Assembly: GCA_963754875.1 (NCBI GenBank)
Contig: CAVWHO010000008.1
Coordinates: 32,001-96,000, forward strand
Length of the DNA: 64,000 nucleotides
Direction: 5' to 3'
Source: Nitrospirota bacterium
GTDB lineage: Bacteria; Nitrospirota; UBA9217
Made by a program: the position numbers and the translations under genes. A model generated the notes under the pieces. That model did no database searches and was not told where the DNA came from. It worked only from the letters and a program-made list of their open reading frames with translations. This document shows, piece after piece, positions 38,050 to 48,336 of this stretch. The first letter of the stretch is position 1. Each line of letters starts with the position of its first letter.

Positions 38050-40404
38050 TTACTTCACAACCACTTTCGCGCTCTTCAGGTCGGTCTTTATCGGTTCCCT
38101 GATGAAATTCGTGAGCTTTGCGCTCCGGAGGGCCATTTCACTCGAACCGCCGGATTTGCCCTGAAATACGATGGCGCAGAGACTGCCGGCGCCGCTCACG
38201 CCGCCGACATCACCGATCCTGGTCATATAAATGTCAACCGTTCCCGTCTTGATATTGTTCGAGAAGAGGAAGGAAGTCTGCTGGCCGTCAGATTTCAGCA
38301 GCCCTCCTTCGCTGGCTGTCCTGAATTCCACTACTTTGGGGTCATAGCTCAGCGTCAGAATCGCTCCGTACAGGTCTTTAACCCTGCCCGCATTGATGTC
38401 GAACCGCGCCTCCTGACCAAGCTGCGTGACCGCACTGGGGGGCTTGATTTCCAGGAGTACGGGGCCGCCTGCAGTGGACGGCTCGCCGGTAGACGTGGGA
38501 GCCGTTGCCAGTTTTGGCACTTCGACACTTACCGGGGCTGGCGGAGTTTCCCGTTTCGCCATCGCTTCGAGCATGGCGGTCTTGTCGAGGTGCTTTTCCG
38601 GTGGTTTGGAGCTCTTCCCTGCGTAAACGAAGAGCGGCTTCGTGTCGTATGCCTCCTCCGTACCCGACCAGAAGGTCTGCGTGTCCTTGTCCGGCAACTC
38701 CATGTTGCGTACGATGTTCGGCGTGATGGACATGAGGATGTCGGTCTTGACCGTACTATCGTCGTTGGACGAGAACAGCCTGCCGAGGATGGGGATGTCT
38801 CCGAGGAGCGGGATCTTGATCCTTGCTTTTCGTTCCTCGTCTTTGATCAGGCCGCCGATGATCACCGTTTCCCCATCCCGGAGGTTTATGAACGTCTCCG
38901 TACTGCGGTTGCCGAATTCATACTGCTTCTGGCCATTTCCGAAATCCAGCAGACTGCCGAGCGTGCTGACCTCCAGCTTCAAATTAAGCAAAACCGAATT
39001 ATCAAGATGGACCGTCGGTTCGATGTTCAGCTTGATGCCGACATCTTTATAATCGAACTGCGACGTGACGGCGGCCGTTGCCGTGGACTGGATCGTGGAC
39101 GTCTGGATCGGTATCCGGTCGCCGATGAGGAAACTGGCCTTTTTGTTGTTCATGACGCGCACGCGCGGGTTGGCCAGCGTCTGGGCGTCGGAATCCTGCT
39201 TGATCAGGTTCACCACCACGCTCGGGAGGGTAACGAAGATGTTCTGGTTCGACAGGTGAGTGAGCGTACTCAAGGCGATCCCTGAGCCCGTTGTCGGAGT
39301 CGTCGATCCCGGCAAGGGCTGCACCGAAGCAGAGGCGGACAGGCCCGGCTGAAAATTCCATCCATAGGTCTGCGCGTTGGTGCGCGAGATCTCGAGGATC
39401 TCCACATCGAGGATGACCTCTGCCTCTTTGAGGTCGTTTGCCGCGATGACCTTTTCGACGAGCTTCATTTTCTCCGGAGTATCCCGGATAGTGAGAGAGT
39501 TCAACGCTTCGTTCACGTACACTTTTTTCACATCCAGCATGGACCGGATGACGTTGATCATATCCTTTGCCTTGGCGTTATTGATATAAAAGGTCTTGAC
39601 CATCAGGTCCTGGTACTGGTCCGTCTTGGCTTTGTTCTTCGGAATTATGATGATCGTATCGGCGCTGATTTTTTTCATAAAGAGCTTGTTTGTCGAAAGA
39701 AGCAGGTTCAACGCGTATTGGAACGACACGTCTTTGACGAAGATAGTCACCGGTTGCGCTTTCACTTCCTCGTCGAAGAGGATGTTGATTCCCGAGAGCT
39801 TGGACAGGAACTCGAACACGTCCTTGATGTTGGTGTTCTTGAAGTTCAACGTAATGGGTTTGTCCGAAGCCAGCGTGAGTGCGTCCTCGGGTTCGATTTC
39901 GGTTTTTTTCTTCCGCAATTTGTCCAGGGCATCGCGGTATTTTACATTCTCCGCGTCAAGCTCCACGGCCTGGTTCAGCTCGTTGATAGCGTCTCCAAGC
40001 CTCCCGAGCTCCACGAAGCTCAGCGACGTCCGGTAATGGTCTTCCGCCTCCTTCATGTCCAGAACGGATTTGAGCGCGCTCTGGATGGCCGCGTTGGTGG
40101 GATTCAGGTACACTGCCTGCTGAAGTTCGGTGATGGCCTGGTCGAGTTTGCGTTCCTTCAGGAAATTACGCGCCCTTTTGTAGTGTTCGTTCGCGGCAGT
40201 TTCCTGGGCCCGCATCAACGTAGCGCGGTACTGGATGTCCTGAGGATCGCGCTTGTTTGCCTCCCGATATTCCTTGACCGCGAGGTCCCACTCTCCGTGC
40301 TGGGCATACCGCTCTCCGCGCTGGAACGCCTGGGAGCTTGCGCAGCCGGACAGCATTGCTGATATCATCATGACAGCAATAAGCTGGAGCATGATTCTTT
40401 TCAT
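38050..40404 (-). CDS. Secretin (GspD/PulQ-like) lipoprotein with TPR N-terminus and cohesin-like C-terminus
   Basis: LSGC lipobox, TPR helices, ITLNFKN, LANPRVRV, DGETVIIGGLI, IPLLGDIPILGRLF, LSYDPK. Confidence 0.92.
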   Translation of the reverse strand: MKRIMLQLIAVMMISAMLSGCASSQAFQRGERYAQHGEWDLAVKEYREANKRDPQDIQYRATLMRAQETAANEHYKRARNFLKERKLDQAITELQQAVYLNPTNAAIQSALKSVLDMKEAEDHYRTSLSFVELGRLGDAINELNQAVELDAENVKYRDALDKLRKKKTEIEPEDALTLASDKPITLNFKNTNIKDVFEFLSKLSGINILFDEEVKAQPVTIFVKDVSFQYALNLLLSTNKLFMKKISADTIIIIPKNKAKTDQYQDLMVKTFYINNAKAKDMINVIRSMLDVKKVYVNEALNSLTIRDTPEKMKLVEKVIAANDLKEAEVILDVEILEISRTNAQTYGWNFQPGLSASASVQPLPGSTTPTTGSGIALSTLTHLSNQNIFVTLPSVVVNLIKQDSDAQTLANPRVRVMNNKKASFLIGDRIPIQTSTIQSTATAAVTSQFDYKDVGIKLNIEPTVHLDNSVLLNLKLEVSTLGSLLDFGNGQKQYEFGNRSTETFINLRDGETVIIGGLIKDEERKARIKIPLLGDIPILGRLFSSNDDSTVKTDILMSITPNIVRNMELPDKDTQTFWSGTEEAYDTKPLFVYAGKSSKPPEKHLDKTAMLEAMAKRETPPAPVSVEVPKLATAPTSTGEPSTAGGPVLLEIKPPSAVTQLGQEARFDINAGRVKDLYGAILTLSYDPKVVEFRTASEGGLLKSDGQQTSFLFSNNIKTGTVDIYMTRIGDVGGVSGAGSLCAIVFQGKSGGSSEMALRSAKLTNFIREPIKTDLKSAKVVVK

Positions 40405-40642
40405 TATCCGCCTCCTCACGTCGACTATTCCGAAAATCCGGGCACGTCATTCCGGACCAAAAAGCATTTCTCCCGGCTTCCGCGCAGTGGCTTCACCCGG
40501 CAGGAGCCTAAGAATTGCACGTCGCGTATTCACGCTGCTCTCCCCACCGTCCGGCAGGTGACGGTTTGCTGATAAGAACGAAGAGCTGCTATTGGTGCGG
40601 CAGCAGTTTCTGCTGTATTTCCTTTTTCAGTTCCTTGACTTC

Positions 40643-41386
40643 CTACTTTTGAAGCTGCCGCCGCATCAGCGGCGGGGCCTGGTTCTGCTGCGGCTGTGCG
40701 GGCTGTTGAATCGACGGCTGAACCGCCGGCTGCGGCCATTGCTGCTGCACGGATGGTGCCTGCGGCGCCGGCGGCTGCTGCAGCGCATTATGAGGCTGCG
40801 CCGTCTGCAGCGGTGTAACGGCGCCGGACAAGTCGATGCGAACCTCCACCCTGGTGATCGTGTCGAGCATAACCACAAAGTCCTTGCTCGCCTCTTTCAC
40901 TTTATAATTTTTCAACACCCGGTCTCCGCTCTTTACGATAAACAATTCTCCGTCCTTAGACAAAAAAAGAGAGTTCTCCTTATCGGTAAGGTATCCGAGA
41001 AAGCGGAACTTCGACAGGTCGGCACGCGACGCCTCGGCAGCGATCTCTTCCGGCGTTTTCACCGGCACGGGGGGCGGAGCAGGAGGCAGCACGACTATCG
41101 GCGCCGGTTTCGGCTTCACCGCCGGGTTTTCCATCCTGAAAAAATCGCGGGCAACCCCCGGATACCGTTCATCGTGCCGCTCCAGAAACACATTCAAGGG
41201 GTCGGCCCCGCTTCCGCGTGACAACAGCCCCTGCCGTACCGGGGAACTGGCCACGGCGCCACGCTCATACATGAGCGGCGCGGTCTTCGGCTTGCCTCCG
41301 ATCATGAAGTTGTACCCGTTTACCAGCGCGATAAGGACAATCAGCGCGACGAGCGTGATTTTCTGTTGTTCTTTGGTAAAAGTCAT
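40643..41386 (-). CDS. T2SS accessory protein (PilP/GspC-like) with Pro/Gln-rich tail
   Basis: N-terminal TM, Pro-rich linker, FRFLGYL...FLSKDGELFIVKSGD. Confidence 0.7.
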   Translation of the reverse strand: MTFTKEQQKITLVALIVLIALVNGYNFMIGGKPKTAPLMYERGAVASSPVRQGLLSRGSGADPLNVFLERHDERYPGVARDFFRMENPAVKPKPAPIVVLPPAPPPVPVKTPEEIAAEASRADLSKFRFLGYLTDKENSLFLSKDGELFIVKSGDRVLKNYKVKEASKDFVVMLDTITRVEVRIDLSGAVTPLQTAQPHNALQQPPAPQAPSVQQQWPQPAVQPSIQQPAQPQQNQAPPLMRRQLQK

Positions 41387-41937
41387 TAAAACTCGTTGCC
41401 TTTTATGTACGTTACGAGCTTCATATCGAGACTGACTTGCCCCTGTTCAGCCCCCAGTTTCAAATCCTGGATACCGACGAGCCGATCTGCGGTCTCGACA
41501 TCGTAGATGAACCGCTTGATCTCCGGATACCTGCCCTCAGCGGGGAACGAGAACGCAACCATGACAAGTTCCTCTCCCGCACGCTTCTTCATGTCGTATT
41601 TCACCGAAGCCACCCCGAGCTTGAGCCTTCGCGCCGTCTGCACCAGGTCTTTGACGAGGAGCGGCATGTCCTTCTGGGAAGGGACTCCTGCCATGATCCC
41701 GGCAAAGGAAGGTTTCTGTTTCTCGAACAGTACGGCCTCTGCGTGACGCTGCCTGAGTTCCCCGTACCGTGTCTCCCCCGCCCTGATCCGGGCCAGGGTG
41801 GGCGCGACGAGGAGTCCGTACAGGATGAGGTTCACACAGAAAAGCCCGGCAAACGCCAGAGCGGGCACCCGCAGTTTCCTAGCGAATTCCGCGAACCGCA
41901 GCTGCGTTTTTATTGCCGTAATAGATTGCCACGACAT
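41386..41937 (-). CDS. PilO/GspM-like protein
   Basis: Single TM, coiled coil, GRYPEIKRFIYDVE. Confidence 0.8.
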   Translation of the reverse strand: MSWQSITAIKTQLRFAEFARKLRVPALAFAGLFCVNLILYGLLVAPTLARIRAGETRYGELRQRHAEAVLFEKQKPSFAGIMAGVPSQKDMPLLVKDLVQTARRLKLGVASVKYDMKKRAGEELVMVAFSFPAEGRYPEIKRFIYDVETADRLVGIQDLKLGAEQGQVSLDMKLVTYIKGNEF

Positions 41938-42424
41938 TGAATGAGATGCTCCCCCTTTCCTGAGACTGATGCTTGAGAAACGGTTCCTTGAATGAAGCCG
42001 AACGCTCGAGCCCTACAATGAGATTACGGAGCGCTTCCGGGGACTGTGCTACGCCTTCGAGCGACAGAGTGCCGTCATGAGAGTTGAAGTCGATGTGTTT
42101 CATGGCTACTCCTGTCGGGACCGCCATCTCGATGCTCGTGAGAAACTTCGTCCATGAGAACCTGCGGGACTCCAGGAGACCGGACATGGCGCTCAAGTCC
42201 TTTACCAGCCGGGCACGCTCCGCCAGCACGGGTTTCACTTCGGCATCGGCCGCTTCTGCCTCCTTTAGTTTCTTTTCCATGATCACACTGTCGCGGCGCA
42301 GCGTAATGCTCGTCCAGAGCAGTGCGGACGCGGTCAGCGCCAGGATGACGGTCCCGATGAACAACCCGTTCGTGATCTGCGCGCTGAGCCGGTAATTTCT
42401 GGAGGCGAAATTTATCGCGATCAT
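41879..42424 (-). CDS. PilN-like protein
   Basis: INFASR, TM, FSWTKFLTSIE..VP, LSLEGVA. Confidence 0.82.
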   Translation of the reverse strand: MIAINFASRNYRLSAQITNGLFIGTVILALTASALLWTSITLRRDSVIMEKKLKEAEAADAEVKPVLAERARLVKDLSAMSGLLESRRFSWTKFLTSIEMAVPTGVAMKHIDFNSHDGTLSLEGVAQSPEALRNLIVGLERSASFKEPFLKHQSQERGSISFNVVAIYYGNKNAAAVRGIR

Positions 42425-43392
42425 AATGCGCTCCCGGCGCCCAGCGCCGCCATAGAGACGGCCCAGACCGAAGAGGGAGATTCCCTGCCCGGTCCTGCGA
42501 GAACGGCGGCCGGGGACAGCACCTCCACATCCAGCGTCATAGTTGTACGGAGTTCGTTAGCGAGCCCGTTGGTTGCCGCCGACTCACCGGCAAGGTACAG
42601 ACGCTTTACCTCCGAGGTCTGCGCCCGGTCCATGTGAGTATAAAAATGAAGCGAATCCTCGATCTCGCGCATAAGTCTGGCCTTGATCTCGCCGCCGCGC
42701 TTCACTTCCTTGTAGCGGTAAAATCTCGGGCCCTCGGACTCCGTTATGATCGTGGTAAAGGAATTATCGGTAACATAGGCAAGGGCGGATACAGCCGACT
42801 GTTTCGCGATTACCGGCAAAAAGAAATTCAGGATATGGAAGGAGGAAAGACCGACGATCCACGGCTCCATCCCCAGCCGGCTGACCACGCTTTCGTACTG
42901 TTCGAGCACCGGCTGTTTCACAAGGCACGCAAGCACCGTAAAACCGCGTTCCCGCTGGCGCAACACCTGATAACGGAGGACCGTCTCGGAGATATCGAAG
43001 GCCGCGGCTTTTTCGAGTCGCCAGCGAATGAGCCGTTCCCGGTCCATTGACTTGGCCGGAAGCTGGTCGAATTCAAGCGTCTGGACGCGAAACACGCCGT
43101 CCGGCAGACTCAACGCCGCCCGGTCAGCCTGAGCGGGTGCGTCTGCGAGACATTTACGCAGCACGTTCGCCAGGCCGTCGGGGTCGTGAACATTGGTTGA
43201 TGAATAGCTCTCCGTCACCATCCCCGCAGGCAGATCCAACGCACCCGTATGCAGAACGGAAAGGTTCGCACCGCGCCCCGTCATGAGCGCCAGCCGCACC
43301 GCGGAAGAGGTGATTTCTACTCCCAAACCGGGCGTTCTCGCAAAAAAACGTAGCATTGGCCGTATAGTATCAAGGTGGGCACGGGAAGTCAA
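42421..43392 (-). CDS. PilM-like actin-fold T2SS/T4P accessory protein
   Basis: LGVEIT, ALSLPD, LYLAGES; first gene of the M-N-O cluster. Confidence 0.78.
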   Translation of the reverse strand: MTSRAHLDTIRPMLRFFARTPGLGVEITSSAVRLALMTGRGANLSVLHTGALDLPAGMVTESYSSTNVHDPDGLANVLRKCLADAPAQADRAALSLPDGVFRVQTLEFDQLPAKSMDRERLIRWRLEKAAAFDISETVLRYQVLRQRERGFTVLACLVKQPVLEQYESVVSRLGMEPWIVGLSSFHILNFFLPVIAKQSAVSALAYVTDNSFTTIITESEGPRFYRYKEVKRGGEIKARLMREIEDSLHFYTHMDRAQTSEVKRLYLAGESAATNGLANELRTTMTLDVEVLSPAAVLAGPGRESPSSVWAVSMAALGAGSAL

Positions 43393-43489
43393 TTATAAAT
43401 ACCTGACGCGGCATAGGCACGGGGAGCAGAGTTGTGACTGCATTGCCTGTATCTAAAGAAAGTGCTGGCAAGATCTCTTAATTTCTCTC

Positions 43490-43936
43490 TCAGAACAACA
43501 CCCCAATCCCGATAAATGCTTCAATAACGTAAAGACAGAGAATTGCAATGTCGATGTAAACATGGGGCGTACGCAGTGGCGATTCCTGTCCTTTGATCTT
43601 CCGGGATATGACGAAGGTTGAGATGAGAAGGATGACAACCAGGGACCCGGTTAAGAAATGGGACGGATACTCCAGAACATTTCCGGTGTCGAGCAGAATA
43701 AGAGTAAGCCCGACACAATAGGTAGCCGGGCACGCCCGCTAAAACCGCCAGGGGGCCTATTTTCCGGTGTCTCCTGATCACGGGAAACGGAAGCGGCGCT
43801 TTGCTCCTGCGGGCGCGCCTGATCGCCAGACCAAGCCGGGCAGGTAGAAAAACAACAGCATCACGCAGGTGTTGAAACCGCCGTGCACCAGCCGCAGTCG
43901 TGACAGCAGATGCCTGTCGATCAATGGATAGTGCAT
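43490..43936 (-). pseudogene. DUF4079-like membrane protein with two frameshifts
   Basis: Hand translation: LRLVHGGFNTCVMLLFFY / LGLAIRRAR...IRRHRKIGP / LLDTGNVLEYPSH...RTPH...IGIGVLF. Confidence 0.55.
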
Positions 43937-43945
43937 AGCTTCAGT

Positions 43946-44485
43946 TTACGGCACGACCTCGATGTATCCGTCCATCCCGCGGTCCTTGTGGCTCTTGAAC
44001 CACAGGAGGCGTTTGTCGCAGTACATTTCATACTTCCCGACCTTTGTCGGCGTGAATTTTATCGATTGCCAGTCTTTTTCCAAGTTAGCCTTGAAATCAA
44101 TGCCCGCCTCCGGCGCCTTGACCATAATATCATGAGGCACATACCCTGCCGCTTTTTTGACCTTGAGTTCGACCGGCGCATTTACTTTTACCACGATATA
44201 GTTCGGATCAAAGTAATATTCTCCCCCGAGGATCTCTACATGCTGCACGCCGTCGGATCCGACGGTCGCCACGAATCGCTTTTCAACCCCCATCGCATGC
44301 TCATGTGTTGCTTCTTTGGCGTCCGGTTTTACCTCTGCGGAGGAAGGTTCCTGTTTGGTGTCTTGTTTCATTTCTTGCGCTGCAGGGGGCTGTTTTGCTT
44401 CCTGCTTTGTCTCCTGTGCATAAGCTCTAAAACCGAAGGGTAAAAGCACAACAAGCGCTAAAATTAATGCTTTGGCTAATTTCAT
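43946..44485 (-). CDS. Exported cupredoxin-domain protein
   Basis: Signal peptide, YYFDPNYIVV, PHDI, GKYEMYCDK...HKDRGMDG (His/Cys/His/Met). Confidence 0.82.
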   Translation of the reverse strand: MKLAKALILALVVLLPFGFRAYAQETKQEAKQPPAAQEMKQDTKQEPSSAEVKPDAKEATHEHAMGVEKRFVATVGSDGVQHVEILGGEYYFDPNYIVVKVNAPVELKVKKAAGYVPHDIMVKAPEAGIDFKANLEKDWQSIKFTPTKVGKYEMYCDKRLLWFKSHKDRGMDGYIEVVP

Positions 44486-44752
44486 GGTTATCCTCCTGGC
44501 TGGAAATAATATCTTCGTTTCATAATTAATTTAATTATAGCACTGATCATACGCGCTTTCCTGAATTAGGTTATTTCAGGAAATGCACAGGTCTGTTTGG
44601 CGTATTCTCGTAAAAGTTTATCACTATTTTTTTTCTCATCTTCCGGCATCAACAAAACGGCTTTGACAAATGCAGCAGAATAGATAATAATTGTCATCGT
44701 CAGCCGGGAAATTCCGATCACCTTTTTTACGACCAGTAAGATTATTAACTCT

Positions 44753-45448
44753 ATGACGGCCAAGAAGATATTGATTGTCGATGACGAGCCTGATATCACC
44801 GAGCTTGTTTCCTACAACCTCAAGAAAGCGGGGTACTCAGTTGCTTCTGCTGCGGACGGAGAAGAGGCGCTCTCGCGGGTCCGGGAAAACCGGTTCGATC
44901 TCATCGTGCTCGATCTTATGCTCCCCGGCATACACGGTATGGAACTCTGCCGTATATTGCGAAACAACGAGAAAACGGCCCATATACCCATTATCATGCT
45001 GACTGCCAAGGGCGAGGAAACAGACAAGATCCGAGGTCTGGAGACCGGCGCCGACGACTACATGACCAAACCGTTCAGCCCCAAGGAACTCATCGCCCGC
45101 GTCAACGCGGTCCTGCGCCGGTCCGGAGAGTTGACAACAGTGGAAAAAACGATCGTGCTCGGGGACCTCCTGATCAACCTGGAGACCTTCACGGTCTTGA
45201 AGCGGGGCGTTCCGCTCGGTCTCAGCGCCAAGGAATTCAAGCTCCTGCTCTACCTCGTCCAGCGCCGCGGCCGCGTGTTCAGCCGCGACCAGCTTCTCGA
45301 CGCCGTCTGGGAGGACGAAACCTTCGTCGAGCCCAGGACCGTCGACGTCCACATCAGACGACTGCGCACCCAGATCGAAGACGATCCGTCAAACCCCGTG
45401 TATGTCAGGACGAGGCGCGGCATCGGCTATTACGTGGAGAGCGCATGA
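44753..45448 (+). CDS. phoB: Phosphate regulon response regulator (PhoB/PhoP)
   Basis: REC + winged helix: VLDLMLP, GADDYMTKPFSP, RTVDVHIRRLR. Confidence 0.9.
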   Translation: MTAKKILIVDDEPDITELVSYNLKKAGYSVASAADGEEALSRVRENRFDLIVLDLMLPGIHGMELCRILRNNEKTAHIPIIMLTAKGEETDKIRGLETGADDYMTKPFSPKELIARVNAVLRRSGELTTVEKTIVLGDLLINLETFTVLKRGVPLGLSAKEFKLLLYLVQRRGRVFSRDQLLDAVWEDETFVEPRTVDVHIRRLRTQIEDDPSNPVYVRTRRGIGYYVESA

Positions 45449-47184
45449 AACGCGGGATCTTCAGACGGATATTTTTCCTCTATGCCGTCATCATCCTCCT
45501 GTCGTTCCTCTTCATCGAATACTCGGTCACCAGCACCATTCGTGAGCATTACATTGACAGGTTGAAACAAAACCTCATCGTCCAGGCATCGCTCATCGCC
45601 GACCGCATCTCGTTCCATACGGAACATAGTATCGATGACGCGTGCAAAGCGGTAAAGGAAAAAACAGGCGCACGGGTCACCATCATTGCCCTGGACGGAA
45701 GAGTCCTGGGCGATTCGGACGCAGACTCGTCATTCATGGAAAACCACGCTCACCGCCCCGAAGTCCAGCAGGCGGCGCTGGACGGCACCGGCATGTCCAT
45801 CAGGCACAGCCACACGGTGAAGCAGGATCTCATGTACGTCGCCTATCGGACGCCCTCCCACGGCAAGCCCGAAGGCTTTGTCCGGTTGAGCGTCCATCTC
45901 CGGGACATCGACCATGCAGTAAACGTCATCAGGCTGAACATCATCCTCGTCGTCGGCTTCGTCATCATCCTATCGGCGGCCTTTTCCTTCTGGCAGTTCG
46001 ACTACTTACGGCGTCTCACGCGGCAGATCAAAGACTTTGCCGGATCGCTCGTCCCGCGAGGCATCGGAAGAAAGTTGTTCCTCCACGATGCAGGTGAATT
46101 CAGTGATATCGCCGACAGCCTGAACGCCATGTCCCAGGAACTGAAGACCGTCATCGACGAGCACGAACAGGAGCGGAAGCGGCTGAACGAGATACTCCGA
46201 AGCATCCCCGACGCGCTCCTCATCATCGACAGCAAAGGCGTGGTCCTGCTCTCGAGCGCCGCGACGAGGCACTTCTTCGGCGACATTCCGCTCATGGGCA
46301 GGCCTTTCATCCAGGTCCTCCGGAACAGCGAGTTTTTTGCGCTCTTAGACGAGGTCCGCACAAGCAGAACGCCCGGGGTCTCCGAGTTCAAGCTGGAATA
46401 CCCCTCGGAACGTTACTGCGTGGTCCGCATTTCCCCTCTTTTCCAACGCAAGGACGACCTGACAGGCTTTGTCGCCATTTTCCATGACATCACGGAACTC
46501 AAAAAGGTCGAGCAGGTCAGAAAAGATTTTGTCGCCAATGCGTCCCACGAGATCAAAACGCCGATCACCGCGATCAAGGGCTTTGCCGACACCCTCCTCG
46601 AAGGTGCGCTGGAAGACCGGGAACATGCCCTGAAATTTCTCCAGGCCATTAAATCCAACAGCGAGCGGATCAACAGCCTCGTTGACGACCTCATGACCAT
46701 CTCCAAGATAGAAATGGGAGTCGTGAAAATCGAGAAAGTTCCGGTCCGGTTCATCGATGCGGCCGAAGCAGTGCTGGCCATACTCAAGGACAAGGCAACG
46801 GAAAAGAACCTGACCCTCCGGATCGAGGTCAAGCCGGGGCTGCAGGACATCTTGGCCGATCGGGACCGCCTCATTCAGATTTTGACCAACCTCGTGGAAA
46901 ACGGCATCAAATTTACGGAACAGGGCGGCGTGACGTTCGGCATGATTGAGAAAGACGGCAGGCACACCATCGTCGTCGAGGACACGGGGATCGGCATTCC
47001 ACAGAAGCACCTGGCAAGGCTCGGCGAGAGGTTCTACCGGGTCGATCCCAGTCGATCAAGGCAAATGGGCGGCACCGGGCTCGGCCTCGCCATTGTCAAG
47101 CACCTGGTCAAAGCTCACGGCTGGGACATGCAGATCGAGAGTGTGCAGGAAAAAGGAACGAAGGTAAAAATTTTCGTGACGTGA
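45445..47184 (+). CDS. phoR: Phosphate regulon sensor kinase
   Basis: MENHAHRPEV, PAS, FVANASHEIKTP, ERFYRVD..RSRQMGGTGLGL. Confidence 0.92.
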   Translation: MKRGIFRRIFFLYAVIILLSFLFIEYSVTSTIREHYIDRLKQNLIVQASLIADRISFHTEHSIDDACKAVKEKTGARVTIIALDGRVLGDSDADSSFMENHAHRPEVQQAALDGTGMSIRHSHTVKQDLMYVAYRTPSHGKPEGFVRLSVHLRDIDHAVNVIRLNIILVVGFVIILSAAFSFWQFDYLRRLTRQIKDFAGSLVPRGIGRKLFLHDAGEFSDIADSLNAMSQELKTVIDEHEQERKRLNEILRSIPDALLIIDSKGVVLLSSAATRHFFGDIPLMGRPFIQVLRNSEFFALLDEVRTSRTPGVSEFKLEYPSERYCVVRISPLFQRKDDLTGFVAIFHDITELKKVEQVRKDFVANASHEIKTPITAIKGFADTLLEGALEDREHALKFLQAIKSNSERINSLVDDLMTISKIEMGVVKIEKVPVRFIDAAEAVLAILKDKATEKNLTLRIEVKPGLQDILADRDRLIQILTNLVENGIKFTEQGGVTFGMIEKDGRHTIVVEDTGIGIPQKHLARLGERFYRVDPSRSRQMGGTGLGLAIVKHLVKAHGWDMQIESVQEKGTKVKIFVT

Positions 47185-47205
47185 AGAGGTTTTTGAATAT
47201 CTTCG

Positions 47206-47389
47206 CTACGGTAAGCTGTCACCCGGGAAGCTTCGGCACCCCGTCCGCGCGCAACGAGAAATTCCGTCGGTCGTGTTCCCAGATGATCGCCGGGCTCGTT
47301 CTTTTCGGTCCGGATTTTAAAATGGCAGTGCAATAATTCTTGGCAGTAGGCAGCATGCGCCGCATGTAATCATCGGTGATTGCTTGCAT
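47206..47389 (-). pseudogene. Internally deleted remnant of a small YCII-like protein
   Basis: Hand translation MQAITDDYMRRML...IIWEHDRRNFSLRADG, followed directly in another frame by RSFPGDSLP*. Family assignment is from memory. Confidence 0.45.
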
Positions 47390-47410
47390 GTCATGACTCT
47401 GTCTCCGTTT

Positions 47411-48155
47411 TTATTGCCCGATCCTTCTTTTCACTTTTTCCCAGGACCTCGTGATCAAAAAACTCTCTTCCATATCATTTACCATGCGGACAAATTTATT
47501 CATGGGCACGGCAAAAGTCAGCGTTTCTTTCGGGATATAGGGCCGATACGTCGAACATCCCGATGACTGCCCTCGGACGGGTTGCTTTGTTTTCCTGATA
47601 AGGATACTGCACAATGGAGCCGCAGCCCGCAGAAAATGGACAAAACACGCCATTCGGTTCCCTCTCCTCAAAGTTCGCGAGCGTAAAGAGGCCGGAAAGG
47701 ACGTCAGGCGCAGCAAAAAAGATTGCTGCTTCCGGTCTGTCGGATTCTTCCAGGCTGTCGAACCTTTTAAAGACGATAGAGGGCGCCGGGGCCTTGAACT
47801 TCGGCACGATCTTCATCATTGCACTGACTATTTCAGGCGACTTCTTGTATCTCTCGCCTTCAAGCTTTCCCGGAATGCCGCAGGACAAAAAATAATCGAA
47901 GTTCGGGCTGATCTCTTCGGTAAATCCCGTATACCGTTTGCCCCCTCTGCAGCCTATCGAGGATTCCTCAAAACAGAGTGACGTCCCCTTTCTCACCCTG
48001 GCCAGCACGCCGATCATGCACTGGTGGGCTGATGGAGGCGGGACCTTCTCTGCGCGGTCTTTCTGGTCAGTGTAATAAAATACAATGGGAAGTTCTGCCC
48101 CTGGGAAATACTTGTTCCATGATTCGAGAAACCGCATTTTGAGCGACATGTCCAT
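47411..48155 (-). CDS. DUF169 family protein (apparent frameshift near 47540)
   Basis: LPIVFYY, GCRGGKRYTGF, EGERYKKSP, LSGLFTLANF, PFSAGCGS; C-terminus RPYIP...ESFLIT in a second frame. Confidence 0.8.
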
Positions 48156-48336
48156 ATGATCATCCCCCCAAATTATTGTTCTTTGGTTGATCTTAATCCC
48201 AATAAAAACCTTTTCAGGAGAAAGGGAGAAGAAAGCCGGGTAAATGGGGAAAAGGCCGTTCGAATACTTTCACCCTTTCGCATTTCAATTCTCCCTTTCC
48301 CCTGACGGATTTCAGTTTTTTGAACTATCGTCAGGT

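Noticed and set aside
29156..39285. Long plus-strand ORFs (29156-30289, 30323-31639, 31742-32827, 37762-39285)
   Set aside because: They are antisense shadows of well-supported GC-rich genes and have no motifs.
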